NCBI GenBank assembly: GCA_965223705.1
Contig: OZ245015.1
Span: 2,752,001 to 2,816,000 of the forward strand
From: Myxococcota bacterium
GTDB lineage: Bacteria > Myxococcota_A > UBA9160 > UBA6930
DNA: 64,000 nucleotides
Direction of reading: 5' to 3'
Under the pieces are notes generated by a model. That model saw nothing but the letters and a program-made list of their open reading frames with translations. It had not been told where the DNA came from and ran no database searches. The position numbers were made by a program, and so were the translations under genes. Below are positions 30,727 to 40,150 of this stretch, piece after piece; position 1 is the stretch's first letter; the number at the start of each line of letters is the position of its first letter.

Positions 30727-33459
30727 CTATCGAATCGCCGCCAGCGCTCGACCGGTTGCGGAGCGTTTGCTGCGGGCGATCTTCGCGGGCGCGCCCTTCG
30801 CGACGACGCGCCCGCCATCGGGACCGCCGACGGGACCCATGTCGATCACCCAATCGGCTTGGGCGATGACTTCCAAATTGTGCTCGACGACGACGACGCT
30901 CGCGCCGCCGTCGAGGAGCTCGTCGAGACAGCGAATCAGTTGCTGCACTTCGACGGCGTGCAGACCGGTCGTCGGCTCGTCGAGGACATAGAGCGCTCCG
31001 GGTTGTCCGTCGGCGAGCGCGGTCGCAAGTCGCAAGCGCTGGAGCTCCCCTCCGGAGAGCGTGGTCAGCGGCTGTGAGAGGCGGAGATACCCGAGACCGA
31101 CGCGGGAAAACGGCTCGAGCCGCGAAACGATTCTCGCGTCGGCTGCGAAGTGCTCCGCCGCTTCGTCGACGGACAGATCGAGCAAGTCGACCACGCTCTT
31201 TCCACCGAGGCGCACCAAGCCCGCCTCGGGCCCGTAGCGCGTCCCTCCGCAGTGCTCGCACGGAACGCGCACGTCCTCGAGAAACTGCATGTCGACGACG
31301 AGCTCGCCGGTCCCTTCGCAATGCTCGCAGCGGCCGCCGGGTCGATTGAACGAGAACCAACCTGGACCGAAGCCACGGACGCGCGCTTCGTGGGTCGCGG
31401 CGAGCTGCTTGCGGATCCCGTCGAAGGCCTTCGACACCGTCGCGGGGTTCGAGCGGCGTGACTTTCCGGGGGGCGTGGGCTCGACGAGAACGACGTCGTC
31501 TACTTGATCTCGCCCCTCGATCCCGCGGCAAGCGCCGCGCTCGGGATCCCGTGTGAGCTCGCCCACCAACACACTGCGGACGAGCGTCGACTTCCCCGCG
31601 CCGGACACACCGCTTACGACGACCAGCTGCCCGAGTGGGATTTCGACGTCGAGATCTTTCAAGTTGTGTTCGCTGGCTCCCAAGATCTTGAGCGAGCCGG
31701 TCGCTGCGCGACGCTTCCGTTCGCGCCACACGAGTTCACCGCGGAGCACTTGTCCGGTGGGCGAGTCCGCGAGTGCGGTGATTTCTTCGACCGGTCCCTG
31801 CCCGATCAAACGGCCACCGAGATGGCCGGCACCCGGTCCGATCTCGATGACGTGATCCGCGGCGGCGATGATCTCCGGCGCGTGCTCGACGACCACCACC
31901 GTGTTGCCCTGGTCGCGGATGTCGCACAGCACCGCGAGGAGCGCAGCGACGTCGGACGCGTGGAGTCCCACCGAGGGTTCGTCCAACACGTAGAGCGCGG
32001 AAGTCAAAGCGCCGCCGAGAGCCGTCGCGAGTTGGATGCGCTGCGCTTCGCCGCCCGACAACGTGCGGATCTGCCGATCGAGGGAGAGGTAGCCGAGGCC
32101 GACCCGAAGCGCGGTCCCGACGCGCGCTCGAAGGAGCGCGACGAGTTTGCCGCCGCGCGCACGCATCGCATCGGTCAGAGACAGCCCCGCGATCCACGCG
32201 TCGAGTTCGGCCAGTGTCATCGCAGCCAGCGAGCCGATGTCGGCACCGTCGAGTTTCACGCCCAGGGCTTCGGCGCGAAGGCGCGTGCCCCCGCAGTCGG
32301 GGCACGGATCGAAACGCCGGTAGCGCGCGATCGCGATCCGGGCCTGCACCTTGTAGCGACGCTTCTCGAGCCATGCGAAATAGCCGCGGACGCCGTACCA
32401 CTGGTCGTCTCCTTCGATGACCCACTCGCGCTGTTCCTCGGAAAGCTCCGACCAAGGCCGTGTCGTCGGAAAACGCGCGGACTTGCACGCCGCGAGAAGA
32501 TCGCGCTGACAGCTACGCGCACTCGGGGTCGAAAACGGAGCGATCGCTTGATCGCGCAGCGAACGCTCCGGGTCCGGTACGACGCGTTCGAGATCCAGAT
32601 TCGGGACGCGGCCGAAGCCCTCACAAGCGGCACACGCTCCGAGGGCGCTGTTCCAGGAAAAGAGCGCCGGCACCGGCTCGGGATACCGCGTGCCGCATGA
32701 ATTGCAGACACTTCCCTGGTGAAACGGCTCTCGCGTACCGTCGCGTGCGTGCACCGTGAGCAGGCCCTGCCCCCGTCGGAACCCTTCCGCGACAGCTTCG
32801 GCCAAGCGCGTGCGCGATTCCGTCGAGACGACGACGCGATCGATCAGTGAAAGTCCTTCGCGCAGTCGCTTGCGACGACCGCGCACCGGGAGGTCCTCGA
32901 GTTCGTGGACAGAACCGTCGGGATCGAGAACCCGTGTGTAGCCCTCTCGTAGCAGTGCCTCTGCACTTTCTTTGCGATCCGCGATGGCGACTCCGATCGC
33001 AATGCCCGCGCCGGAAAAGCGCTCTTCGATGGCGCCCGCAACGCTCTCGACGGTCCCCGCATCGACCACACGGCCGCAGCATTCCCGCTCACCGATGGTC
33101 GCCAGCAGCAGGCGCAGGTGGTCGAGAATCTCGGTCGCGCTGCCGACGGTCGCGCGCGCATTCGTCACGCTGTTGCGCTGCTCAATCGCGATCGCTGGGG
33201 GCACGTGGCCGATGTGATCGACGTCGGGTCGCGGCAAGCGGTCGAGAAACTGACGCGCGTAGGTCGAGAGGGAAGATACGTAGCGGCGCTGCCCCTCGGC
33301 GTAGAGCGTGTCGAACGCGAGGCTCGATTTCCCCGAGCCCGAAGGACCGGAGATCACCGTCAGTTGCCGAAGCGGAATGACGCAATCGACCGAACGCAGG
33401 TTGTGCGTCCGGGCGCCCTCGATCTCGATGCAGTGCTCGCGCAGAGGTTCGCGGGGCAA
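30727..33459 (-). CDS. uvrA: Excinuclease ABC subunit A (UvrA-family ATPase)
   Basis: GARTHNL, GPSGSGKSSLAFDTLYAEGQRRY, LSGGEAQRI, second Walker A GVSGAGKS, zinc fingers, LDEPTTGLH. Confidence 0.93.
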   Translation of the reverse strand: MPREPLREHCIEIEGARTHNLRSVDCVIPLRQLTVISGPSGSGKSSLAFDTLYAEGQRRYVSSLSTYARQFLDRLPRPDVDHIGHVPPAIAIEQRNSVTNARATVGSATEILDHLRLLLATIGERECCGRVVDAGTVESVAGAIEERFSGAGIAIGVAIADRKESAEALLREGYTRVLDPDGSVHELEDLPVRGRRKRLREGLSLIDRVVVSTESRTRLAEAVAEGFRRGQGLLTVHARDGTREPFHQGSVCNSCGTRYPEPVPALFSWNSALGACAACEGFGRVPNLDLERVVPDPERSLRDQAIAPFSTPSARSCQRDLLAACKSARFPTTRPWSELSEEQREWVIEGDDQWYGVRGYFAWLEKRRYKVQARIAIARYRRFDPCPDCGGTRLRAEALGVKLDGADIGSLAAMTLAELDAWIAGLSLTDAMRARGGKLVALLRARVGTALRVGLGYLSLDRQIRTLSGGEAQRIQLATALGGALTSALYVLDEPSVGLHASDVAALLAVLCDIRDQGNTVVVVEHAPEIIAAADHVIEIGPGAGHLGGRLIGQGPVEEITALADSPTGQVLRGELVWRERKRRAATGSLKILGASEHNLKDLDVEIPLGQLVVVSGVSGAGKSTLVRSVLVGELTRDPERGACRGIEGRDQVDDVVLVEPTPPGKSRRSNPATVSKAFDGIRKQLAATHEARVRGFGPGWFSFNRPGGRCEHCEGTGELVVDMQFLEDVRVPCEHCGGTRYGPEAGLVRLGGKSVVDLLDLSVDEAAEHFAADARIVSRLEPFSRVGLGYLRLSQPLTTLSGGELQRLRLATALADGQPGALYVLDEPTTGLHAVEVQQLIRCLDELLDGGASVVVVEHNLEVIAQADWVIDMGPVGGPDGGRVVAKGAPAKIARSKRSATGRALAAIR

Positions 33460-33488
33460 AATCCCTCGCCGTCGGCCGGCCGGTCCGC

Positions 33489-33659
33489 CTACTCCACCAT
33501 CGGAGTGAGCTCTTCATATAAGAGCGTCACACTCAGGTATTCGCCACTTTCGCTCTGCGTCATGTGGAGGACGTTCACGTTGTGGGTCTCGAGGAACTTG
33601 TTGATTTCCTCTTGGACCTCTTTCACCAAACCGCGACTGACGAGGCATCGAAGATTCAT
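33489..33659 (-). CDS. Small hypothetical protein (56 aa), absent from the ORF track
   Basis: MNLRCLVSRGLVKEVQEEINKFLETHNVNVLHMTQSESGEYLSVTLLYEELTPMVE; ATG overlaps the upstream stop (ATGA) and the ORF fills the gap before uvrA. Confidence 0.7.
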   Translation of the reverse strand: MNLRCLVSRGLVKEVQEEINKFLETHNVNVLHMTQSESGEYLSVTLLYEELTPMVE

Positions 33660-34003
33660 GAATCACCCGTGACCGCGACCTGGCGGCGCGCCTCGGCGGC
33701 GTAGTTCTGCTTGCCGGCGGCCTCCGCGGACTGCGCGAGCTTTTCCCACATCTCGCGCGAAGGCGCAACCTCGAGCGCTTCGTGGACCGCCCGGAACAAG
33801 AAGACGTCTCCCGCGTCGCGGGCCTCTTCCGACAGTGCGTTCAGCGCGTCCCGATCGTCGGCCTTTGCGAGGAACGCGATCGCCTCGAAGCTCCGCTTCT
33901 CGTCGAGATAGGCTCGGCCGATCGCGCTGGCGCGGGCCGGGTCCATCGGCTCAGACAGCCAGTGCCGGCGGCTCAGGGCATCGGGGATACTGGTTTTCGC
34001 CAT
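33656..34003 (-). CDS. Hypothetical helical-repeat protein
   Basis: ATG at 34003 with GGAGAGG RBS; alanine-rich helical sequence. Confidence 0.65.
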   Translation of the reverse strand: MAKTSIPDALSRRHWLSEPMDPARASAIGRAYLDEKRSFEAIAFLAKADDRDALNALSEEARDAGDVFLFRAVHEALEVAPSREMWEKLAQSAEAAGKQNYAAEARRQVAVTGDS

Positions 34004-34020
34004 CCTCTCCGTTTCCTTCG

Positions 34021-35175
34021 TCAATCATACCGAGCGACCGAGGGGTCGATCGTGAGCGACCACGCGTCGATGCCCCCAGCGAGGCTCGCGACGTCTTCGA
34101 AGCCGGCGTCGTGCAGGATCCGAACCGCACGCTCACTGCGCGGTCCCCGATGGCAATGCACCACGACCTTCCGGTCTTTCCACCAAGCGAGCTCGCTCAA
34201 GCGCGCTTCGAGTTCTGGGAGCGGCACGAGCTTAGCCCCCTCGATGCGCGCTGTTTCGAACTCGCCCGGATTCCGGACGTCGAGGAGCAGGTGGGGTGCA
34301 GCTCGATCGCGCATGTCCTTGAGATCGGTCGTCCTCACCTCGGGCACAACCCAAGTCGGTTCGCTTTGGACCCCGCAAAATCCTTCGTAATCGATCAGCG
34401 TTTTGATCGTGGGATTTTTTCCACAGATCGCGCAATCGGGATCTTTGCCGAATCGGAATTCCGCGAATCGCATGTCCAGGGCGTCGTACTGGACGAAGCG
34501 GCCGATCAACGATTCACCGATGCCGGCCAGCAACTTCACGGCTTCCGTCGCCTGCAGGAGCCCGATCACCCCCGGCAGAATGCCGAGAACCCCGCCCTCG
34601 GCGCACGACGGAACCGCCCCGGGCGGCGGGGGCTCGGGAAACAGGCAGCGGTAACACGGCCCCCGGCGCGCGTCGAAAACCGATGCCTGGCCCTCGAAGC
34701 GCAAGATGGCTCCGTAAACACAGGGCTTTCCGAGCAACACGCACGCGTCGTTCGTCAGGTAGCGCGTGGGGAAGTTGTCCGTCCCGTCGATCACCACGTC
34801 GTAGGGCTCGAGGATCTCGAGCGCGTTTTCCGAGTGGAATCGCTCCGGGTGCACCGTCACGGAGACGTCCGGGTTGAGCGCGAGGATCCGCTCCCTGGCC
34901 ACTTCGTGCTTGGGTCGTCCCACATCGGCGGTCGTGTAGAGCACCTGGCGCTGCAAGTTCGATACGTCGACGACGTCGAAATCGACGATGCCGAGGTGGC
35001 CGACGCCCGCGGCCGCGAGGTAAAGCGCAATCGGGCTTCCGAGACCGCCGGCGCCGATCATCAAGACGCGACCTGAGAGGAGTTTCTGCTGGCCTTCTGG
35101 GCCGAACTCCGGGAGGTTCAGATGGCGCTGGTAGCGGTCGAACTGGTCCGGCAAAAACGGCGCTTCGCGCGGCAT
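34021..35175 (-). CDS. moeB: MoeB/MoeZ adenylyltransferase with C-terminal rhodanese domain
   Basis: RYQRHL, GAGGLGSP, VDFDVVDVSNLQRQ, CYRCLFP, SCAEGGVLG; rhodanese LDVR...CHRGPRS...LAGGIDAW. Confidence 0.92.
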   Translation of the reverse strand: MPREAPFLPDQFDRYQRHLNLPEFGPEGQQKLLSGRVLMIGAGGLGSPIALYLAAAGVGHLGIVDFDVVDVSNLQRQVLYTTADVGRPKHEVARERILALNPDVSVTVHPERFHSENALEILEPYDVVIDGTDNFPTRYLTNDACVLLGKPCVYGAILRFEGQASVFDARRGPCYRCLFPEPPPPGAVPSCAEGGVLGILPGVIGLLQATEAVKLLAGIGESLIGRFVQYDALDMRFAEFRFGKDPDCAICGKNPTIKTLIDYEGFCGVQSEPTWVVPEVRTTDLKDMRDRAAPHLLLDVRNPGEFETARIEGAKLVPLPELEARLSELAWWKDRKVVVHCHRGPRSERAVRILHDAGFEDVASLAGGIDAWSLTIDPSVARYD

Positions 35176-35180
35176 CGCCG

Positions 35181-35498
35181 TCACCGCACCCGGACCCGGT
35201 GGGCCGTCCGCGGCTGATCTTCGAGCTTCCAAGAGACGGTGACGGCGTCTCCGACAGCGAGGGCCCCCCACTGGCTCTTCGATCCGCCCACCGCGACATT
35301 CGCCGCCTTCTGGAACGCGAGGGCATCACCTTGACGGTTCTCGACCTGAATAGAGGAACCGCTTACGGCGGTCACCCTTCCGGAAAACTCCCGCAGCCCT
35401 TGCGCGACCACCGGCGCAGCGAGCAAGGCCGTCGCGAGCACGAAGGCGCCGACGGTCCGCGCCCAGTAACCGGGTTTCTTGAAGCTTCTCCTCATCAT
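35181..35498 (-). CDS. Small secreted beta-rich protein (OB-fold/DUF5666-like)
   Basis: Signal peptide, then FSGRVTAVSGSSIQV...LAVGDAVTVSW. Confidence 0.55.
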   Translation of the reverse strand: MMRRSFKKPGYWARTVGAFVLATALLAAPVVAQGLREFSGRVTAVSGSSIQVENRQGDALAFQKAANVAVGGSKSQWGALAVGDAVTVSWKLEDQPRTAHRVRVR

Positions 35499-35562
35499 GC
35501 CCCCTGACGGGTAAGACCACTCAAAAACGCCGTTATTCACACGTTCGCGGCGGGCCCCGCGG

Positions 35563-35648
35563 TGCCGGAGGCGGGAGTCGAACCCGCACGAGGGGTGAAC
35601 CTCGGGGGATTTTGAGTCCCCTGCGTCTACCAGTTCCGCCACTCCGGC
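35563..35648 (-). tRNA. tRNA-Leu (anticodon CAA)
   Basis: Reverse strand GCCGGAGTGGCGGAACTGGTAGACGCAGGGGA-CTCAAAA-TCCCC, long variable arm, GGTTCGACTCC, CTCCGGCA. Confidence 0.95.
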
Positions 35649-35763
35649 TTTGGGTTCGGCGAGGCTAACGCGACCGGGCGTGGATCGCCGGCCGCTCCTT
35701 GGGTCGAGGTTGTGTTCTGTGGTACCCCAGGGGCTCACACTGTCCAGTGGAGGACCGGTTTCC

Positions 35764-36258
35764 GTGAGCGACCCCGACTTCTCGACCTTCCGCCTCGTTG
35801 AGAAGGGAAACAAGTTCGAGGACTTCCAGGAGGGCCAGTCTCTACCCCACCACTGGGGGCGAACCTTCACCACCGCCGAGAACACGCTGTTCGCGAGTTC
35901 GATCCTGGCCTACACCCCGCTCTACACGAACGTCGAGTTCGCGAAAGCGCACGGCCACCCCGACCTCGTGGTCCATCCCCTGCTCGTGTTGTGCACCGTG
36001 GTCGGACTTTCGGTCGAGGATCTCTCCGAAGCCGGCGGCCCATTCTTGGGCGTGAACGACGTGACCTTCCACCGGCCGGTCTACCCGGGAGACACCCTCA
36101 CCGCGGAGAGCACGGTGGTCTCGGCTCGTGAATCCGGGAGCCGACCGACCCACGGCATTGTGACCTGGCGAACCGAAGCCAGGAACCAGAACGACGAGCT
36201 CGTCATCGACTATCAGCGCACCAACCTCGTGGCGCGCCGCGGCACCCAAGCGCTTTAG
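35764..36258 (+). CDS. MaoC-family (hot-dog fold) dehydratase
   Basis: FEDFQEGQ..HHWGRT, PLYTN, FHRPVYPGDTL. Confidence 0.85.
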   Translation: MSDPDFSTFRLVEKGNKFEDFQEGQSLPHHWGRTFTTAENTLFASSILAYTPLYTNVEFAKAHGHPDLVVHPLLVLCTVVGLSVEDLSEAGGPFLGVNDVTFHRPVYPGDTLTAESTVVSARESGSRPTHGIVTWRTEARNQNDELVIDYQRTNLVARRGTQAL

Positions 36259-36277
36259 CCCTGCGACGGAGGAGCGA

Positions 36278-37501
36278 ATGGCTCAGATACAAGAACTCAA
36301 CACGGAAATTCCCGCCGCTTACAGAACCGACGAGCGCGTGGCCATCCAGGAGATGGCGCGGGACTTCGCGATGAACGAAGTGCTCCCGATCGCGAACGAA
36401 CTCGATCCGATTCAGGGCACGATTCCCGACGACCTCCGTAAAAAAATGGGAGAGCTCGGCTTCTTCGGCATCATGATCCCCGAAGAATACGGCGGCCTCG
36501 GTCTCGGCGTGTTCGAGTACGTGCTGGTCACCGAGGAGTTGTCGCGCGCCTGGATGAGCGTCGCGAGCATCATCGCTCGAGCGATGCTGGTCAACGTCAA
36601 CGACCTACCGCTGCCCGACGCCGACGATCGGATTCGCCAAGTCGCGCGTGGCGAGTTCTTGGGTTCGTTCGCCATGTCGGAGCCCGGCGCCGGCTCGGAC
36701 ATCGCCTCCGTGCGGTGCCGCGCCGAGCTCGACGGCGACGAGTGGGTGATCAACGGTCAGAAGATGTGGGTGACGTTCGCCGACGGTTCGGACTTCATCA
36801 TCCTCGTCGCCCGCACCGAGCCGTACAACCCGGACAAGCGCCACGCGGGCATCAAGCAGTTCTACATCCCGAAAGAGAAAGGGAGCTTCCCGGACGGTAT
36901 TTCCGGTACGCCGATGCGAAAGATCGGCTACCACGGCTGGAAGACCTGGGAGCTCTCCTTCGACAACTTTCGAATTCCGAAGGACCACGTCATCGGGCGG
37001 AGCAAGAGCGGTGCCGACGACGAAGAGGGTTTCAAGAAAGCGGCTCGCCTGATGGCCGTGCCCCGGGTGCACACGGCCGCGCGCGCGATCGGCCTGGCGC
37101 GCGGTGCCGTGGAAGATTGCATTCAGTACTCCCAGGAGCGCGTGCAGTTCGATCAACCGATTTCCGATTTCCAGGCGATCCGCTTCAAGATCGCGACGAT
37201 GGCCACCGAGGTGGAAGCCGCTCGTGCGCTCATGTATTCGGTGGCGAACGATGCCGATCAGGGACTGATGCGCGCGCGCGAAGCGGCGATGATCAAGCTC
37301 TTCGCAAGCGAAATGGCCGAGCGCGTGACGAGTGAGGGGCTGCAGATCTACGGCGGCGCGGGCTACACCACGGAGTATCCGATCGAACGTTACTGGCGCG
37401 ACGCGCGGCTCACGAAGATCTTCGAGGGCACATCGGAAATCCAACAGCGCATCATTTCCGACTCACTCCTACCGAAGCCCCCGAAACCGCAGCGGCGCTG
37501 A
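36278..37501 (+). CDS. Acyl-CoA dehydrogenase
   Basis: FAMSEPGAGSD, NGQKMWVT, FQAIRFKIA, QIYGGAGY, KIFEGTSEIQ. Confidence 0.93.
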   Translation: MAQIQELNTEIPAAYRTDERVAIQEMARDFAMNEVLPIANELDPIQGTIPDDLRKKMGELGFFGIMIPEEYGGLGLGVFEYVLVTEELSRAWMSVASIIARAMLVNVNDLPLPDADDRIRQVARGEFLGSFAMSEPGAGSDIASVRCRAELDGDEWVINGQKMWVTFADGSDFIILVARTEPYNPDKRHAGIKQFYIPKEKGSFPDGISGTPMRKIGYHGWKTWELSFDNFRIPKDHVIGRSKSGADDEEGFKKAARLMAVPRVHTAARAIGLARGAVEDCIQYSQERVQFDQPISDFQAIRFKIATMATEVEAARALMYSVANDADQGLMRAREAAMIKLFASEMAERVTSEGLQIYGGAGYTTEYPIERYWRDARLTKIFEGTSEIQQRIISDSLLPKPPKPQRR

Positions 37502-37511
37502 GGGAGACCCC

Positions 37512-37997
37512 ATGGCACGCAGCCTCACCTCTCTGACCGGAAACACGAACTACTTCGAAGATTTCGTTGTCGGCGACAAGATCAAGCACGCGCGCGGCAC
37601 GACGGTCGGTGAATTCGAGAACCAGATCATCACGAAGATGGTGATGAATACGGCCGACGGTCACTACAACGAACATCGGATGCAGAAAACCGCGTACGGC
37701 AAGCGCCTGGTGTTCGGGCTCGTGACGGGCTCGATCGTCATCGGGCTCGCCACCCAAGACATCGCGGAGAACGCCCTCGAGGAGCTCTCTCTCGACAAGC
37801 TCCGTTTCCGCGCGCCGGTGTTCCACGACGATTCGCTGACCGCCTATACGGAAGTCCTCGAAGTCGGCGACGCCGATCGCGAAGACGCGGGCGTGGTGCA
37901 CTTCAAGCACTGGGGCGTCAAGCAGGACGGCACCATCGTCTTCGAAGGGGAGCGCCGCGTCTTGATCAAGCGGCGCAGTCACTGGGAAGCGCGATGA
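37512..37997 (+). CDS. MaoC-family dehydratase
   Basis: YFEDFVVGD..HARG, MNTADGHYN, FRAPVFHDDSL. Confidence 0.85.
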   Translation: MARSLTSLTGNTNYFEDFVVGDKIKHARGTTVGEFENQIITKMVMNTADGHYNEHRMQKTAYGKRLVFGLVTGSIVIGLATQDIAENALEELSLDKLRFRAPVFHDDSLTAYTEVLEVGDADREDAGVVHFKHWGVKQDGTIVFEGERRVLIKRRSHWEAR

Positions 37998-39187
37998 GCG
38001 GGCGCAGCGGACCGCTCCGTGACGTTCGCGTCGTCGACCTGACGCGCGCGCTCGCCGGCCCCTACTGCACCATGATGCTCGGCGACCTCGGTGCCGACAT
38101 CATCAAGGTCGAACCGCCGGGTGGCGACATGACGCGCACCTTGGGCCCCCACCCGCCCGATCGCAGCGAGACGGATTACGGCGCGTATTTCGCGAGCATC
38201 AATCGCAACAAGCGGAGCATCGTCCTTGACCTGAAGTCCGAGAGCGACAAGGAAACGTTGCTTTCTCTCGTGGATCACGCAGACGCCTTGGTCGAGAACT
38301 TTCGACCCGGCGTCATGGACCGGCTGGGCCTCTCCTACGAGACCCTGCGCGCGCGAAAGAAGAGCTTGGTGTACGGCGCTGTCCGCGGTTTCGGGGACCC
38401 CCGCACCGGAGAGAGCCCGTACGCGAATTGGCCGGCGTTCGACATCATCGCGCAGTCGATGGGAGGCGTCGTCTCGAGCACGGGCGAGCCGGGCACGACC
38501 GGCGTGCGAGCAGGCCCTGCGGTCGGGGACATCTTCCCCGGAACCCTCGCCGCACTCGGTGTCGTCTCGGCGATCCTCCACGCGCGCAGCACCGGCGAAG
38601 GACAGTTTCTCGACGTCGCCATGTACGATGCGATGCTGAACTTGTGCGAATCGCTGATCTACAACTACGATATCTCCCGCGAAGTCCATCCGCCGTCGGG
38701 GAACGCGCACCCTTCCCTCGTGCCTTTCGACGTGTACGCGACGGCGAGCGGCGCCGTCGCGCTCGCGGCCCCGACCGACAAGCACTGGCGCATCCTTTGT
38801 GACATCGTCGGCCGGCCGGAGCTCGGTCGCGACCCGCGCTTCAAGGAAACCGCGGGCCGCGTCGCTCACCGAGCCGAGGTCCGGGAGCTTCTCGAGAGCT
38901 TTACCGGGACGCGGACCACGGCCGAAGTGATGGATGCCCTCTCGGGCAAAGTTCCCGTGGGTCCGGTCAATACGCCCGCGGACATCTTCGGCGACCCCCA
39001 CATCGCCGCCCGACAGATGCTGGCGCAGCTCGACTACCCGGGTTCCGGCGGAAACATCACCGTCGCGAACAACGCGATCAAGCTCAGCGAAACGCCGGCA
39101 GGAGCGTTTCGCCGCGCCCCCCACCTGGGCGAACACGCGCGCGAGATCCTCTCCGATCTCGGCATCGACAAAACTTCGAAGGAGTAG
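37994..39187 (+). CDS. CoA-transferase family III (CaiB/BaiF)
   Basis: VVDLTRALAGPY, GADIIKVEPP, NRNKRS, ENFRPG, catalytic VGD. Confidence 0.92.
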   Translation: MSGRSGPLRDVRVVDLTRALAGPYCTMMLGDLGADIIKVEPPGGDMTRTLGPHPPDRSETDYGAYFASINRNKRSIVLDLKSESDKETLLSLVDHADALVENFRPGVMDRLGLSYETLRARKKSLVYGAVRGFGDPRTGESPYANWPAFDIIAQSMGGVVSSTGEPGTTGVRAGPAVGDIFPGTLAALGVVSAILHARSTGEGQFLDVAMYDAMLNLCESLIYNYDISREVHPPSGNAHPSLVPFDVYATASGAVALAAPTDKHWRILCDIVGRPELGRDPRFKETAGRVAHRAEVRELLESFTGTRTTAEVMDALSGKVPVGPVNTPADIFGDPHIAARQMLAQLDYPGSGGNITVANNAIKLSETPAGAFRRAPHLGEHAREILSDLGIDKTSKE

Positions 39188-39192
39188 GACCC

Positions 39193-40116
39193 ATGACCGA
39201 CCGACCCAACCGACTGCGACGCTCCGAACTTTCGACTCCGGCCTCGAATGAACGCATGATCCAGAAAGCCGCCGAGAGCGAGGCGGATCTCGTGTTCCTC
39301 GATCTCGAAGACGCCGTCGCCCCACCGCTCAAGGTGCCTTCGCGCGACAACATCGTCCGCGCGCTGAAGGAGCTCGACTGGGGCAACAAGGTCCGAGCGG
39401 TGCGCGTCAACTCGACCGACACGCAGTGGGCGTACGAAGACGTCGTCCACATCGTCGAGGCGGCGGGCGAGCACCTCGACGTGATCATCATTCCGAAGAT
39501 CAAGGCGCCGCGGGACGTCTGGTTCTTCGACACGCTTCTCGACGAGCTCGAGCAGAAACTCGGGCTCGAGAAGCGGATCGGCCTCGAGGCCCTCGTCGAG
39601 GAGACCGAAGCCCTTGCCCGCGTCGAGGAAATCGCGGGTTGCTGTCCACGTCTCGAGGCGCTGATCCTCGGCTTCGGGGATTTCTCCGCCAGCCAAGGGA
39701 TCCGCCTGGGCCCGGTTGGCGATCCCGCACTGCGCTACCCGGGCGACTTGTGGTCCTACCATCGCAACCGCTTGATCGGCGCCTGCAAGGCCGCGGGCAT
39801 CGAAGCCGTCGATGGCCCGTTTGCGGACTTCAAAGATCCCGAGGGTTATCGCCGCGAAGCGAGCTGGTCGTATCAGCTCGGTGCGGCGGGCAAGTGGGCC
39901 ATCCATCCCAGCCAGATCGCGCTGGCCAACGAGGTCTTCGCGCCGACGGAAGAAGAGATCGCCCACGCTCGCACGATGGTCGAAGCGTACGAAAAGTCCG
40001 CGGCCGGTGGCGAAGGTGCGGGGGCAGCGGGCGGCGTGCTCGTCGACGCTGCGACGGTCCGCATCTTCCAGCAGGTGATCGATCGCGCCAAACAGATCGG
40101 GCTGGTCGACGGCTAA
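39193..40116 (+). CDS. CoA-ester lyase (malyl-/beta-methylmalyl-/citramalyl-CoA lyase, CitE family)
   Basis: RRSELSTP, FLDLEDAVAP, VRVN, GFGDFSAS, VDGPF, GKWAIHPSQ. Confidence 0.88.
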   Translation: MTDRPNRLRRSELSTPASNERMIQKAAESEADLVFLDLEDAVAPPLKVPSRDNIVRALKELDWGNKVRAVRVNSTDTQWAYEDVVHIVEAAGEHLDVIIIPKIKAPRDVWFFDTLLDELEQKLGLEKRIGLEALVEETEALARVEEIAGCCPRLEALILGFGDFSASQGIRLGPVGDPALRYPGDLWSYHRNRLIGACKAAGIEAVDGPFADFKDPEGYRREASWSYQLGAAGKWAIHPSQIALANEVFAPTEEEIAHARTMVEAYEKSAAGGEGAGAAGGVLVDAATVRIFQQVIDRAKQIGLVDG

Positions 40117-40150
40117 GGCGTCGAGCGGATCGGGCTGGTCGACAGCTAAG
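40095..40150. repeat. 23-bp tandem direct repeat (1 mismatch) of the lyase 3' end
   Basis: GATCGGGCTGGTCGACGGCTAAG (40095-40117) and GATCGGGCTGGTCGACAGCTAAG (40128-40150). Confidence 0.85.
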
